NCBI RefSeq assembly: GCF_037042905.1
Contig: NC_087248.1
Span: forward strand, 9,672,001 to 9,736,000
Source: Lytechinus pictus
Lineage: Eukaryota
Direction: 5' to 3'
Length of the DNA: 64,000 nucleotides
The stretch's first letter is position 1. The number at the start of each line of letters is the position of its first letter. Both the position numbers and the translations under genes were made by a program. Shown here one piece after another: positions 15,101 through 25,172 of the stretch. The notes under the pieces are model-generated. The model saw nothing but the letters and a program-made list of their open reading frames with translations. It made no database searches and was not told the origin of the DNA.

Positions 15101-18100
15101 TTGCCTGTGTAAAAGGTAGTGTTCTCCATGGAGAGTCAGGCAATCACTGTAAAATAATGATGACTTCGTGAAAGCAGGCAAACTTGGTGTCGTATAGGGA
15201 TCACGCGCGTTAAAATAGTAACTAGTGTGTTAAAAATTGTACTGTTAAAAAGAAATGAAATTGAAGGGTTAAATGTTTACTACCAGTGCATAGGATATAT
15301 CAGACATTCCATATCTGACCAGAATAGGGTAACTTTGCCAGCTCATTTTGAAAAAAAATCGGCATTTATGAAGATCAAATTCATACCCAAAACAACTGTA
15401 AAGTACCCATAATTCTTCCGCCAGTCAAAGAATAGTTCCAAAGTCATCAATATTTCGTCCTAATTTGGGCAAAGGAAGTTCAGTAGTTGCCCTCCCTATT
15501 ATCAGTGTTAGATGATCAATCATATACTAGTACATACACTTTTGTCAATTAGCAATATCAAATTTTTAAAAATTTGAATGGGTTGTGTCGAATTAATATC
15601 TTTTGCCTTCTGTTGTAATTAGGCCTGTGGCACCTTCACACATTGACACATTTAAACGTTACATTAAAGCAGATACGAACCAATAGCACCATCTCGTTTC
15701 CTCAACTATTCATACCTGGCCAGTTTCCTGATCCATAATGCTAGTGTATTCTAGTAATATAGACACACTTGAATAACATGCTAATTAAGTACTCAATACA
15801 TTAAATTCCGCAATAATTGTGTTACCAAGTAGCAAAACAATTACTTGTCCTCTCAAAACAGTTAAGTTTCTCTATACATATACAATTATAGGTCAATTTA
15901 CTATCTGTAGTATTAGTAGATATCTGAAAACGTATATTTTAAGACTATGTTTTTATAACACACAGTCAAAGAGAGACCACACACAGTTCACTCTTCCTTT
16001 AAGACACCTTTATTCAATTCTTCCTACTGTTAATTGTTCCTAAATCTATTATCAATATATTTGTACTTTTCTTTCTTTCTTTCACTCCACCTTTATTATT
16101 ATTTACCTGTCGGCGTCATCCAACGCAAGAGGGCGCCGCGCACTTAGCCTCTGTGATACTAGTATTTCATCCCGAGAAAGTTGTTGTTGTTGTTATTTTG
16201 AATAGGCAAACTAGTCAGTTTTGACTATTCTTGCCTTGTAAATTTGCTTTCCTTTTTTTTTCAAAGCAGAATAATTTCTTTGTTGAATCTATATCAGTTA
16301 GGAAATAAAGGAGAGAGGAAAGAAAAGTTCTTAGGAAATCGTGCAAGACCACCTCTCCTGCCCTGTATAGCACGTTATCCTGACAAGCCCGCTCGATGTG
16401 CATTTCGAGGGCGTCTCAGGAGTAAGAAAGAATCGTTTATGTTCTTTTCTCTATTTTTTCAGATTGGAACAAAAATCAGCCTGACAACCCCCGCTCAGAT
16501 TGTGGATTTCTGTACATAGTAACCGGCGGAATGGACGATGGTGGATGCTCTTCTCCTAAGCCTACAGTTTGTCAAATCAACATTCCTTCATAAAATAAAT
16601 CGACATTCTCTGATAGATCACGGGATATAATTTAGGACATACCGATTTGATCTTATTTAACATGTTATATCTGGACGTAATAAAGCGAAAGAGAGACTAA
16701 AAAGATTCGAGGGCCTTAAAGGGGTACTCCAGGCTGAAATAATATGATTTATGCATATCAAGAAAAATCAGACAAACAAAGCACTGAAAATTTGATCAAA
16801 ATCGGACAAGAAATAACAAAGCTACATTTGTATTTTATGATATGAAATTAGGTTTATTCAATTTTTTCTACCAAGAACTAAAAAGATGGATTTACAACTG
16901 ATTTGGGGCATTGTGTATATATTGCTGCAATTTATTTCATTATAAGGGAGACATATCATTCACACAAGTGTGAACAAATGGAGCAATTGTGATTTCGTGT
17001 TGTAACGTAAGAAAAAGGAAAGTGGGGATGTGACATCAGCCCACCTAATGAATATTCCTGACGACGTGCATATAACCGTTTTCACAAAATATTGATAAAC
17101 TTTAGAATTTAATAACTTTGTTATTTATCATTCGATTTTTATGAAAATGTTCAGCATTTTGCTTTGTGAATTTTACTCTATTTATTTAGATCTAAATATT
17201 TTCAGCCCGGAGTACCCCTTTAACAGGTTCCTTGTAAGACCAAGAACGGTTCTAGATAATCGTTAAAAATTTCTTCTGCTTGTTTGAAGTTCCAAATACA
17301 GGACAAAGGTTCCAATTTGTTTAGAATAGAGGAAATTCCTTCCTTCCTATTTCTCCTATCTTCCATTACCAATTATACGGCACAATCCTTTTTATTGCAA
17401 CACAGGGATATTTTGATAGTGGGAAACATAAAATTAATTTGCAGCCTGCAAAATTGATGAAAATAATTATTGTTATGCAGCATAATGATTTGATTTTGAT
17501 TTGATTTATTAATTACACGGTAAATAGCCCTCGATCAGCCAATGGCTGGTTTTCAAATGAGGCCGTGCAATATACAACCAATAGAAAGAATAACAAATCA
17601 TAATAAAGTAAATTAAGTAAAACAAAAACCTATATACAAAACAAAAGAGGGAGGATGAAACCAAACAGAAACAAATTCAAAACAGAAAACAAAAACACAA
17701 TTGTAACAAAATAAAAAAGTTGGGTAAATAGGGATAACCAAGATTTTAGGACTTTTTCAATTTCAGATTCAAATGAATTAAGATTTGGTAAAGTGCGAAT
17801 ACGTTCTGCAAATGAATTAAAATCAAGTATGGCAAGATATAGGCTGCTATTTCGTGCAAAGTCTCTATTGGGTGTTTTCAAGTTTATTATATTGTTTGAG
17901 TTACGGAGTGTGTGGGTAGAATGTTGCTTAAGACTAATCATATTACATATAAAATGCGGTAAGAGCTTATTGAGTAACATAAATATTAAAACAAGTGCTT
18001 GTTTTTTCATCTAAGGACAATGATATTTTGTGAATTTCGTGACACACTGATGGGAGTAACGTAATACATAGAAAATCTAAATAATACTAAGCCCTAACTC

Positions 18101-21100
18101 TCAGCATTTGGTTATTTTTTGCCAGGCCAACCAAGATTTCGAATTTGCTTTTTACTCGTAATTGTATGAGATTTTTTTTTCTTGTGTGTGCATTAATCCA
18201 TCACGCCTAGAACACACCACTGACAGCGCTATGCGCATCCACTTTGAATATATTAAATTATTCTCTTAGAAAATTGATATGACCTTGCATTAAAAACATT
18301 ACCATAACTGTATTTCAGGGCGGAAGAGGTGTCAGTCTCCAATTATTTTTTTTATTTGTGAAAATGGAGGAGAGAATGAAGAAGATCATAAAAAGAGGGG
18401 TTATGTGTTCTATCTGTGTAAAACCATATTTTGAACGATAAAAATGACGTCATCTAAATATTATATTGCACTCCCAAGTCCGAACCGCTATACACCACGA
18501 TGTCAGAATAAATTCATCAATTTTCAATTGTCTTTTATCATTCGGCACAAGAAGAAAGTTAGCTGGAAAAAAATGAAACATTCTTTTTCTCTTAATGAGT
18601 GTTAAACATATCTAAACAATATGATTTGGATCAAAATCTTCCTACGTTTATATTTATTTTCTTATACATTCTATTCATTTTCTTTTTGTTTTAGATTTCA
18701 TTCATTCTCCGCAAAGCTGATTTGCGAAAATTGATTGAATCGTTTGAATTTGAATAGAAATTAAGAAGTTTGTACTTGATTTTGATTCCTATTGGTTTGA
18801 TTAGGCCTATTTTAATTACGTATTTTTAGTGAAGGCAAACATTGTAAAGCCGAAGAGTCTCTGTAAGTTAGGAGAAATTTAACAAATGTGATCTGGTAAT
18901 ACAGCTAAAGCAGTCTTCTATGTAAGTTGTTATTGTTTGTAAGTATCTAATACTCAGGAATGAATAGTAAAAAAAAATCACGGTCATTAACAAGTCTAAT
19001 GGTTAATTCCGAGTGATAAAAACTCAGACGACCCACAAATATCCCTAGTTACAATTCGTTATTTCGTTATTCTAAAATGTTCAACAGTCCAAAAATTCAT
19101 TATTTCACACGTTAGTCAGTCTAAGGATTATACAGGAGGTTCGTCCGAAATTAAATAAGGTTCAATATTCGGGAAGATTCTGAAGGTTTGACAGCCCCAA
19201 AATGAAGTAATGTTCCTATAGTCTATTTGTTATTGTTTTTTGTTGTTGTACTGAAAACCTTATTACATTTTCGAACTCTTTATCGAAATTTTGGAATAAT
19301 GAACCTTGTTACAATTCAAGAATAAGGAACTGTAGGAGCAGTGTTTACCTTATCTTATACTCGGATTTACGAACCTACGAAATAACAATCCGAAAAAAAT
19401 CAGTAGCGTAATGAGTTAATGGCGTATGGGGTAACAATTTCTTTATAGAAAAATGCATGTACACAAGAGTCAAATTCTGTGATAGATTTGACATAATATT
19501 TGGAAAATAATACCACATTTCACACTTTTCCTTTCCTTTTCTTCATTTTCTGATGTTTTTCTTGGTCGGAAAAATTGGGGCTCCATGGCCCCCAAAGTCC
19601 CCCCCCCCCCCCGAAAAAAACCCTGTACACCCGTGACCTGCTTAATAACAGATTAGTTGATTTATTGGGTTGATTTGATATGATAAAATGATTTCCGTTT
19701 CACATTTGTACATAATATGATGAACATATTACAATTAATTAAAACAAATATTACAAAACACAATATGACAGGTACAGATTAATGATTACGTTTAAGTTTG
19801 CCAGATATATAGTTGCACAACATACAATACCGTGCGAGAAAAAAAAACTTGACACCTCACAAATCCCCAAATATTTCATGAACACATATATATATTATAT
19901 ATGGCCTGAAAGAGTATCTTATCCCGAATAATTTTAGACCATATTTACGTGGTATGTCTTCACGCTTGGATGATCAAGGGGTATTCTTTGCAGTAATGCA
20001 AATTTTTATTTGAGCCAAAGAAAGGCGTGACTGCAATAAATGAATCAAGAGGCCAATTATGTCATAATCACACATGATCATGAGTTATAGTAAACACATT
20101 TGCAAATCCCTTTTCAATGAAATTAGCTTGAGAATTGATACTAAAAACTGTTTATTAAACAATGATAATGTAAATTATTGAGAAGGTGTTTTGAAATGGT
20201 TTTTAATGCAACCCTTGTAGGATTATGACACCATTGACATCTGGATTCATTTATTGCAGTCATGCCTTATATTGGCGCAAATCCAAATTAACATCACTGC
20301 AAAGAATACCTCTTGATCATCCAAGCGTTAACACATACCGCATAAAAAAATTGGAGAACATACTTTTTCAGGCCATATATAATTATGGGTTAAAGACATA
20401 TTTTTCCTTATTTTAATTGGGGATTTGTGAGGTGTCAAGTTTTTTTTACTCACACGGTAGACATGGAAGAGAAATGTATTAAAGTGTAATTACCAAAATG
20501 TTTTCAGCCTCATATCTAGCTAAGCAATGTTCATCCGAGGCCCATCCGTCGATGAAGCCGACGTTGAGTCCAGTTAGATTACGAAAGTTGATGGTCGATG
20601 ATCTCGGAGCGTAGAGGGCTACGTCCTTTCTTTTCACAAAGGCTCGGGTGAAGTCAAAACTTAAACTTCTCGGGTAGGTTTTAACCCAACCTGGAATGAA
20701 AGAGAGTCAGAGTGAGGCTAGAAAAGAAGAAGGCCGGGTTGAAGTATCATTATCATCGTCGTTATCATCGTCATCATCACCCTCGTTATCTTTAATACCA
20801 TTGTCATCATCATTACCACCACCTTCATCACTATCATATCATCATCGTCATCCTCCATCGTCGTCATCATCATCATCATTGTCATCATCATCATCATCCT
20901 CCATCGTCGTCATCATCATCACCATCATCATTTTCCTATTTACCATAATTCTTTATCACCATTTTCATCATTATCGTCATTATCATTATAATCACCACCA
21001 TCATCACACATCAAAATGTTCTTAGCCATCTTGACCGTCGACATCACACCAACTTCCAAATTCATTTTCCCATCCACCTCACCTGTGCACGCATCGTACC

Positions 21101-23601
21101 AACCGGACAGCAATCCCTCTCCTCCCCGTGCCTGCTGGCCTGGTTCCGAATCCCAACACCGTTGGTTGACGTCCTTCATTAGAACGCAAGTCTTATTAGC
21201 GAGCCGACAGACTGAAAAAAATGATCAAAATAAATCCCTTGAAAACATTAATATTGATTACAAAATGCTGAATACATAACAGAACGACAGAGAGGGTGAG
21301 AAAGTAGGTAGGTAGGAGAAAGTGAAAAGGCATATAGGCAGGCTGGATAGGAGGGAATAGGCATTCAAGATCCACTTAAAACAGCCGAAAAAGAGTGACT
21401 ACATAAAATATCTTCAGAATTATTAAGGCGTTTATCCACAAATCATTCATATTCATTAAGGGGGAAATTACCGAATTTACCGGATATACAGACTGCGCAA
21501 ACTCCTGTATTTGTGTTGCGAATGGTACATTATACATTACACACACTTATTATATCCCCTTGGCAGAGAAGGGCTTGAACAACAACTAAAAATCGACAAA
21601 TAAAAATACATTTTACCGTTGCCCCAAGATGAGTGTTGATTAAGCGGAATAAATGCATTATTGGAAATTGCATGTCATCATTAAAATGCAGCGAGTGAGC
21701 TGATGATGTAATCTACCTACTTTTCTTATGTATTCCATATCATAGTATAAAATGAAATTGTAATGATTTCAATTTTCTGCTCCAAGAATGTACAAATATG
21801 ACCGACTACTGATTGAATGTACCTCTGCTGAAACTTGTTATGTGTGATAAGAAACATAAACTAATTAAATAGAATGAAATAAGGTAAAAAGAACGAGAGG
21901 TCATGACATCATTTACTCGCTCATTGCGTATTCATGCCAAAATGTGCGAGAACCATTTCGGATAACAAATAACGAAGTTATTGAATTTTAAAGATTTGCA
22001 TTATTCTGGTGAAACAGTTCTAGGCATGTCTTTATGAATATTAATTAGGTGGGCTGATGATGTCATATCCACAATTGTTCTTTTGTACACTCTAAATTAC
22101 AGGGATTTAAAATAAATCCTGATCGGCTGTGAATAGGGGCCAGTCGATTTTGGATTTAGATTTAAATCTTAAAGATTTAGATTTAAATCTTAAAGATTTA
22201 GATTTAAATCTTAGAGATTTAAATTTTAAGCATTTGTGGATTGAATATAAATCCTTAATATTCAAATCTAAATCCAAAATCGACTGGTCCCTATTCACAG
22301 CCGATCAGGATTTATTTTAAATCCCTGTAATTTAGAGTGTATTTTATCGTATGACATTAGGTTTATTAAAAAAAAATTCTACCAAGAACTAAAGTAATTG
22401 GATCGACAACTGATTAGTTATTTATTGCCGCAACTTATTTCATCATAATGGAGACACATCATTTACACATGTATGAAAAAATGAAACATTTATGATTTCA
22501 TGTAATAACAAAAGAAAAAGAAAAAGTGGGATGTGACATCATCATCAGCCCACCTAATGAACATTCATGATAATGTGCATATAACTGTTTTCACAAAATA
22601 TTGTTAAACTTTAAGATTCAATAACTTCGTTCCGATATTGATGAAATTTTCAGCATTTTGCTTTATGAACTTTACTCTGTTTATTTAGATATATTTTCAG
22701 CCCGGACCATCCCTTTAAAACCCAAAGACTATCTATTATTTATTCAATGATTATGAAATGTTCACCATTTTGCTCCTGTACTTTAATCAAATTATATCAT
22801 TTGGGGAAAGGCGTTCCCCTTCGACAGTTTTGCCACCCAATATAGGCACATGTGCTAGACTTCTCCCGAGACCAGAAGAATTTATTCAAATCCTTAATAG
22901 GTTAGCGTGCTTGCAGTTTCGAAGGTAAGGGGTGGAAGAGGGGGGGGGTCATATGTCATATCCTACCTGCTTCGACCACATCAATGTTGTATCCTTTGAT
23001 CTGATAAGACGCCTCGTCCCTGAGAAGGGGATAGAAACCAATCAACAACAGGTGTAATCAAACTGAAAGGATTAACACTTACTGGTACACCTTTCTGGTG
23101 CTATAACCATGCAGCATCTCCGCGTCTTATGGTAGTGCATTTCTTCTATACTTTCTAACCGTTATCTGTGTTTGAAAACATTTAATTCATCATTCACATG
23201 CCTTTTGGAATTAATAATTTAATAAATCTACTTTCAACTTTAGCTGGTAGGCATATAGGTATCGAAACGACTTACAATCAGGGTGAAACAGCTATACGAG
23301 ACACCATCCGGGAAAAGTGTAATCAGAACATGCACGTTCAGAGGTGATGCACGCCAATGGCCCTGGGAAGCGGGTGTGCTGAGGGTGCTAAAGCACCCCC
23401 AAATTTTAACTTTGGGGGTGCTGCGTATGTTATTTACTATAGGCAGCACCCCTTGATATCTGGTATGCTATATAACATAAATGTAACCAAAATGATCTTC
23501 ATTTTTAGTGAGAACCTGTTTTAGCTTATCTAATTTTTCTCGCACCAAAATCACCTTCATTTTGTAGTTAAATACATTTTTATTTTGTCTTTTATTTATT
23601 A

Positions 23602-23632
<31 letters not shown>

Positions 23633-24675
23633 TGCTTTTCAAATTTAAGCCAGCCCCCTGTTAAAAGACAAAACCGTTCCTAGGCCCATGTGCAAGCCCC
23701 TGGTTTGTCTGCATATCAATAGGAAATACTATTTCTTCAATTAAAGGAGAATGAAACTCTTGGAGCAAGTTAGCTTTTGTGAAAGCAGAAAAATCAAAGA
23801 ATAAGATCAACAAAAGTTTGAGTAAAATAGGACTAGCAATAGAAGAGTTATGAGCATTTGAATGTCGAGATCACTAATGCTATGGAGATCCTCCCATTGG
23901 CAATGCGACCAAGATCTATGATGTCACAGATGAACAACTCTCCCCTTTTGGACACTGAAAATATACCCCAAAACATCTATTTTTGCTCATTCTAATCATA
24001 TGACAAACGATTCATCAATGATATAATGTTGTGAAACCTCTGTACTTGTCCTCTTATAAAGAGAACAACTCACCTTGTGATAGACTCTATAAAAGTGAGA
24101 ATATAAGTGAAATAAGTACTAAAGTAATGAGGGAGTTGTACGTGTGTGACATCACAGATCTTGGTCGCATTGCCAATTGGAGGATCTACATGGCATTAGT
24201 GATCTCAATATTCAAATGCTCATAACTTTCTTATTATTCATTCAATCTTCCTCAAACTTTCAACAATATGTTTCTTTGATTTTTCTCTTTGATATGGATT
24301 CGGCTGGTTTCAAGGGTTTCATTCTCCTTTAACGTGTGGATTTACATCGGAGCAGTTGTCGCCGGGTTAAAGTCATAAGACCGCCGCGATTGGCCTTTCG
24401 TAGATGATCGTGGAAATTTTTAACCATTCATTTTTTTTCTCTCTACGATCAATACGATTGCCACGGCTAATCTAAACTGATACGATCTGATCAAATCACT
24501 ACGATCACTCCACGATTAGGTACGCAGTGTAAATCGTGACAGTGAGGTACTAGGTATATAACAAATCAGCAGTTTGCTCTTTATTAATTTTGAAATTGAA
24601 CTTTCATTGATGATAATACTTACAGATACTCAAGGTTGACACCAAAATCTCCGATTGCTAGGGTCCACACCTTCT
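1..24675 (-). CDS. Spliced gene (5' and 3' incomplete) for a stand-alone type-2 periplasmic/solute-binding protein (SBP_bac_3, HisJ/ArgT-like): complement(join(<1..124,340..417,20494..20690,21083..21211,22967..23019,24624..24675))
   Basis: Six GT-AG exons with compatible phases splice into one stop-free frame: (E)KVWTLAIGDFGVNLEYLDEASYQIKGYNIDVVEAVCRLANKTCVLMKDVNQRCWDSEPGQQARGGEGLLSGWYDACTGWVKTYPRSLSFDFTRAFVKRKDVALYAPRSSTINFRNLTGLNVGFIDGWASDEHCLARYEAENILGASVPSDRIHHFSTGLELIQALTNGQVDVAFAIKLPQLEAGFQRLTPNDFANNCYLDGAGMMTRKDN. Motif order matches SBP_bac_3 as I recall it (GFDIDL..C-x6-C, GL.SG..D, T..R...DF, L.G..VG, AL.NG.VD, RKD). Confidence 0.8.
340..417 (-). CDS. SBP-like gene exon (GASVPSDRIHHFSTGLELIQALTNGQ)
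   Basis: Acceptor ttctcgtatcatag, donor gtaagg; 78 nt, phase 0 to 0. Confidence 0.85.
1929..1931 (+). CDS. Putative ATG-only first coding exon of the lectin gene
   Basis: acaATG|gtatgc: A at -3 and a donor immediately after ATG, giving the phase 0 needed by exon 4108. Confidence 0.45.
1929..16593 (+). CDS. Secreted EGF-like + C-type lectin domain protein, ~260 aa: join(1929..1931,4108..4165,8894..9079,9965..10069,12535..12834,16463..16593)
   Basis: Exons total 783 nt with no internal stop: hydrophobic signal-like segment (GFFLLWWLLHG), Cys-containing N-terminal region, 6-Cys EGF module, then CTLD (CPDGW...KCF...NWQSARLFC...WMNCND.DVEGTWVC...NW..NQPDN...DC...MDDGGC...TVCQ). TAA is followed directly by AATAAA. 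The first two exons are less certain. Confidence 0.8.
4108..4165 (+). CDS. Lectin gene signal-peptide exon (CVDILKVQTGFFLLWWLLH)
   Basis: Polypyrimidine tract + aag acceptor, strong donor G|gtgagt, ends in phase 1, hydrophobic core. Confidence 0.65.
4370..4660 (-). mobile_element. Degenerate LINE (L2/CR1-group) 3' ORF2 remnant
   Basis: Minus-strand SVIAPRLWDSI resembles the FS..APRLWN.LP C-terminal tail of L2-group ORF2. Confidence 0.45.
5163..6468. mobile_element. Non-autonomous Helentron/HINE-like element with internal ~160-bp tandem repeats
   Basis: Subterminal inverted repeat GTCTCGCCTGCAT (5186-5198) / ATGCAGGCGAGAC (6451-6463), terminal hairpin GTCTCGC..GCGAGAC (6438-6463), A-tract flanks; ATGAACTAG recurs at ~5491, 5651, 5807, 5967, 6130, 6322. 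Confidence 0.65.
6469..7364. mobile_element. Second head-to-tail, end-truncated copy of the Helentron-like element
   Basis: Same start motif (aagcggaacgcctctggtagtctcgcctgcat) followed by ~160-bp repeats (6657, 6820, 6982, 7142, 7302); terminal hairpin absent. Confidence 0.6.
7588..7893. mobile_element. MITE, Tc1/mariner-like
   Basis: TA|CAGTA...TACTG|TA ends; imperfect TIR agtttggggccacc / ggtggccccaaact. Confidence 0.6.
8248..8635. mobile_element. MITE
   Basis: TIR gccattcttggtcacgtgt / acacgtgaccaagaatggc. Confidence 0.6.
8894..9079 (+). CDS. Lectin gene exon, N-terminal Cys-containing region
   Basis: cag acceptor, cag|gtaatc donor; 186 nt, phase 1-1; within ORF 8869..9120. Confidence 0.8.
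9474..9541. repeat. (TA)n(TG)n microsatellite
   Basis: Direct reading. Confidence 0.85.
9965..10069 (+). CDS. EGF-like domain exon (CHSHTCLNGGTCVEELDGYSCVCVAAYEGVHC)
   Basis: Canonical EGF Cys spacing; tttcag acceptor, gtatgt donor; 105 nt, phase 1-1. Confidence 0.92.
10582..12176. mobile_element. TIR element containing a nested MITE
   Basis: Outer IR gtgtttcca...ttttccccattcacttttg / caaaagtgaatggggaaaa...tggaaacac. Confidence 0.55.
10661..11505. mobile_element. Nested MITE with GGGGTAAGTTG motifs
   Basis: TIR aggggagggcggggtaagttg / caacttaccccgccttcccct; internal ggggcaagttgag repeats. Confidence 0.6.
12535..12834 (+). CDS. C-type lectin domain, first exon
   Basis: CPDGW...C...W..A...C...W.NCND..VEG.W.C; cag acceptor (alternative in-frame tag at 12543), gtaagt donor; 300 nt. 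Confidence 0.92.
13345..13650 (+). mobile_element. L2-clade LINE 3' ORF2 remnant (frameshifted, internally deleted)
   Basis: LHWLPIRHRITFKLLLSVYKSLNN from 13452, then degraded AFTVA..NKL.SHIKTI..TDSFKKS motifs typical of the L2 ORF2 C-terminus. Confidence 0.75.
16463..16593 (+). CDS. C-type lectin domain, terminal exon with QPD motif and stop
   Basis: ttttttcag acceptor; NWNKNQPDNPRSDCGFLYIVTGGMDDGGCSSPKPTVCQINIPS*. Confidence 0.9.
16594..16684 (+). terminator. Candidate polyadenylation signals of the lectin gene
   Basis: AATAAA at 16594-16599 and 16679-16684, just after the stop. Confidence 0.5.
16720..17219. mobile_element. MITE with TTAA TSD (Kolobok-like)
   Basis: TTAA|AGGGGTACTCCAGGCTGAAA ... 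TTTCAGCCCGGAGTACCCCT|TTAA. Confidence 0.75.
17487..18010 (-). mobile_element. LINE (L2/CR1-group) 3' end: ORF2 tail, 3'UTR stem-loop and (AAATC)n tail
   Basis: ORF 17630..18010 contains FNSFAERIRTLPNLNSF; minus strand ends cagccattggctg...aataaatcaaatcaaaatcaaatc. Confidence 0.7.
19830..20457. mobile_element. MITE with TA TSD (Tc1/mariner-like)
   Basis: TA|ccgtgcgagaaaaaaaaacttgacacctcacaaatcccc ... ggggatttgtgaggtgtcaagttttttttactcacacgg|TA. Confidence 0.75.
20494..20690 (-). CDS. SBP-like gene exon (GWVKTYPRSLSFDF...EAENIL)
   Basis: Acceptor ctttcattccag, donor gtaatt; 197 nt, phase 1 to 0. Confidence 0.88.
20746..21003. repeat. Degenerate (TCA)n microsatellite in SBP-gene intron
   Basis: Direct reading. 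Confidence 0.85.
21083..21211 (-). CDS. SBP-like gene exon (VCRLANKTC...GLLSGWYDACT)
   Basis: Acceptor tttttttcag, donor gtgagg; 129 nt, phase 1 to 1; overlaps ORF 20940..21179. Confidence 0.88.
22088..22339. mobile_element. Young foldback MITE with TA TSD inserted in an older Kolobok-like MITE
   Basis: Near-perfect ~75-bp TIRs (cactctaaattacagggatttaaaataaatcctgatcggctgtgaatagg...), internal 21-bp tandem repeats; host resembles 16720-17219 and ends tttcagcccggaccatccctttaa near 22718. Confidence 0.8.
22967..23019 (-). CDS. SBP-like gene exon (DEASYQIKGYNIDVVEA)
   Basis: Acceptor ccccttctcag, donor gtagga; 53 nt, phase 2 to 1. Confidence 0.85.
23745..24328. mobile_element. MITE with TTAA TSD (Kolobok-like) and long internal inverted repeats
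   Basis: TTAA|AGGAGAATGAAAC ... GTTTCATTCTCCT|TTAA; IR ttggcaatgcgaccaagatct / agatcttggtcgcattgccaa. Confidence 0.75.
24624..24675 (-). CDS. SBP-like gene exon (KVWTLAIGDFGVNLEYL)
   Basis: Acceptor ttcattacag, donor gtaagt; 52 nt, phase 1 to 2. Confidence 0.8.
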
Positions 24676-25172
24676 CTGTAATGAATAATCAAACGACAAC
24701 CATGAATGTCAAGAACATTGAAAAAAAAATTAGATGCGACATATTAAGGCTCGTAATGTAAAGGCTTGGTCCCACTTCACTTACGGATGCAGAGAGGATG
24801 TAAAACGGACAAGAATATTGCCATCCGTTGGGAAACGTTATGTATCCGTTGTGTACTCTTTACGCTCTATATCCATCGAGCATCCGTCCACTCTGATTTC
24901 ATTGTTCGCCCATTTTGTCCATTGTCTGGGAGCGGATGAAAACCGATGGAGCCAACCCGAAATTTTGCTTGTCCACTGTACCCGTTATGAATACGTTTTG
25001 TGTCCGTCGGCCAGTGGGACCAGACCTTTATTGAATAATCAAAGAAGAATTGAAATCCAAGGAACGCTATATAACAAAGAGATTCCTCTGTCATTAAACC
25101 TACAGAAGAATTTGAATTTAAAGCATTGTAGTACGCAGGGGCGGAAATCTTTCACAAAAGGTAGGGGGGACA

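Noticed and set aside
17630-18010. Functional protein-coding gene
   Set aside because: Degenerate LINE ORF2 C-terminus followed by a LINE tail; no RT core present.
18200-18250. Minus-strand KVDAHSAVSGVF* as the SBP continuation
   Set aside because: No good acceptor and an early stop; exons at 417 and 124 fit phase and motifs much better.
20696-21025. Ser/His-rich 109-aa ORF
   Set aside because: Translation of a (TCA)n microsatellite in an intron.
22107-22320. Mirror ORFs with LDLNLK/FKSKSL repeats
   Set aside because: Artefacts of a palindromic MITE with 21-bp repeats.
23271-23345. Minus-strand gtaagt donor as an extra SBP exon
   Set aside because: The required phase-2 frame has a TGA just before the donor; exon 24624-24675 already joins 23019 in frame.
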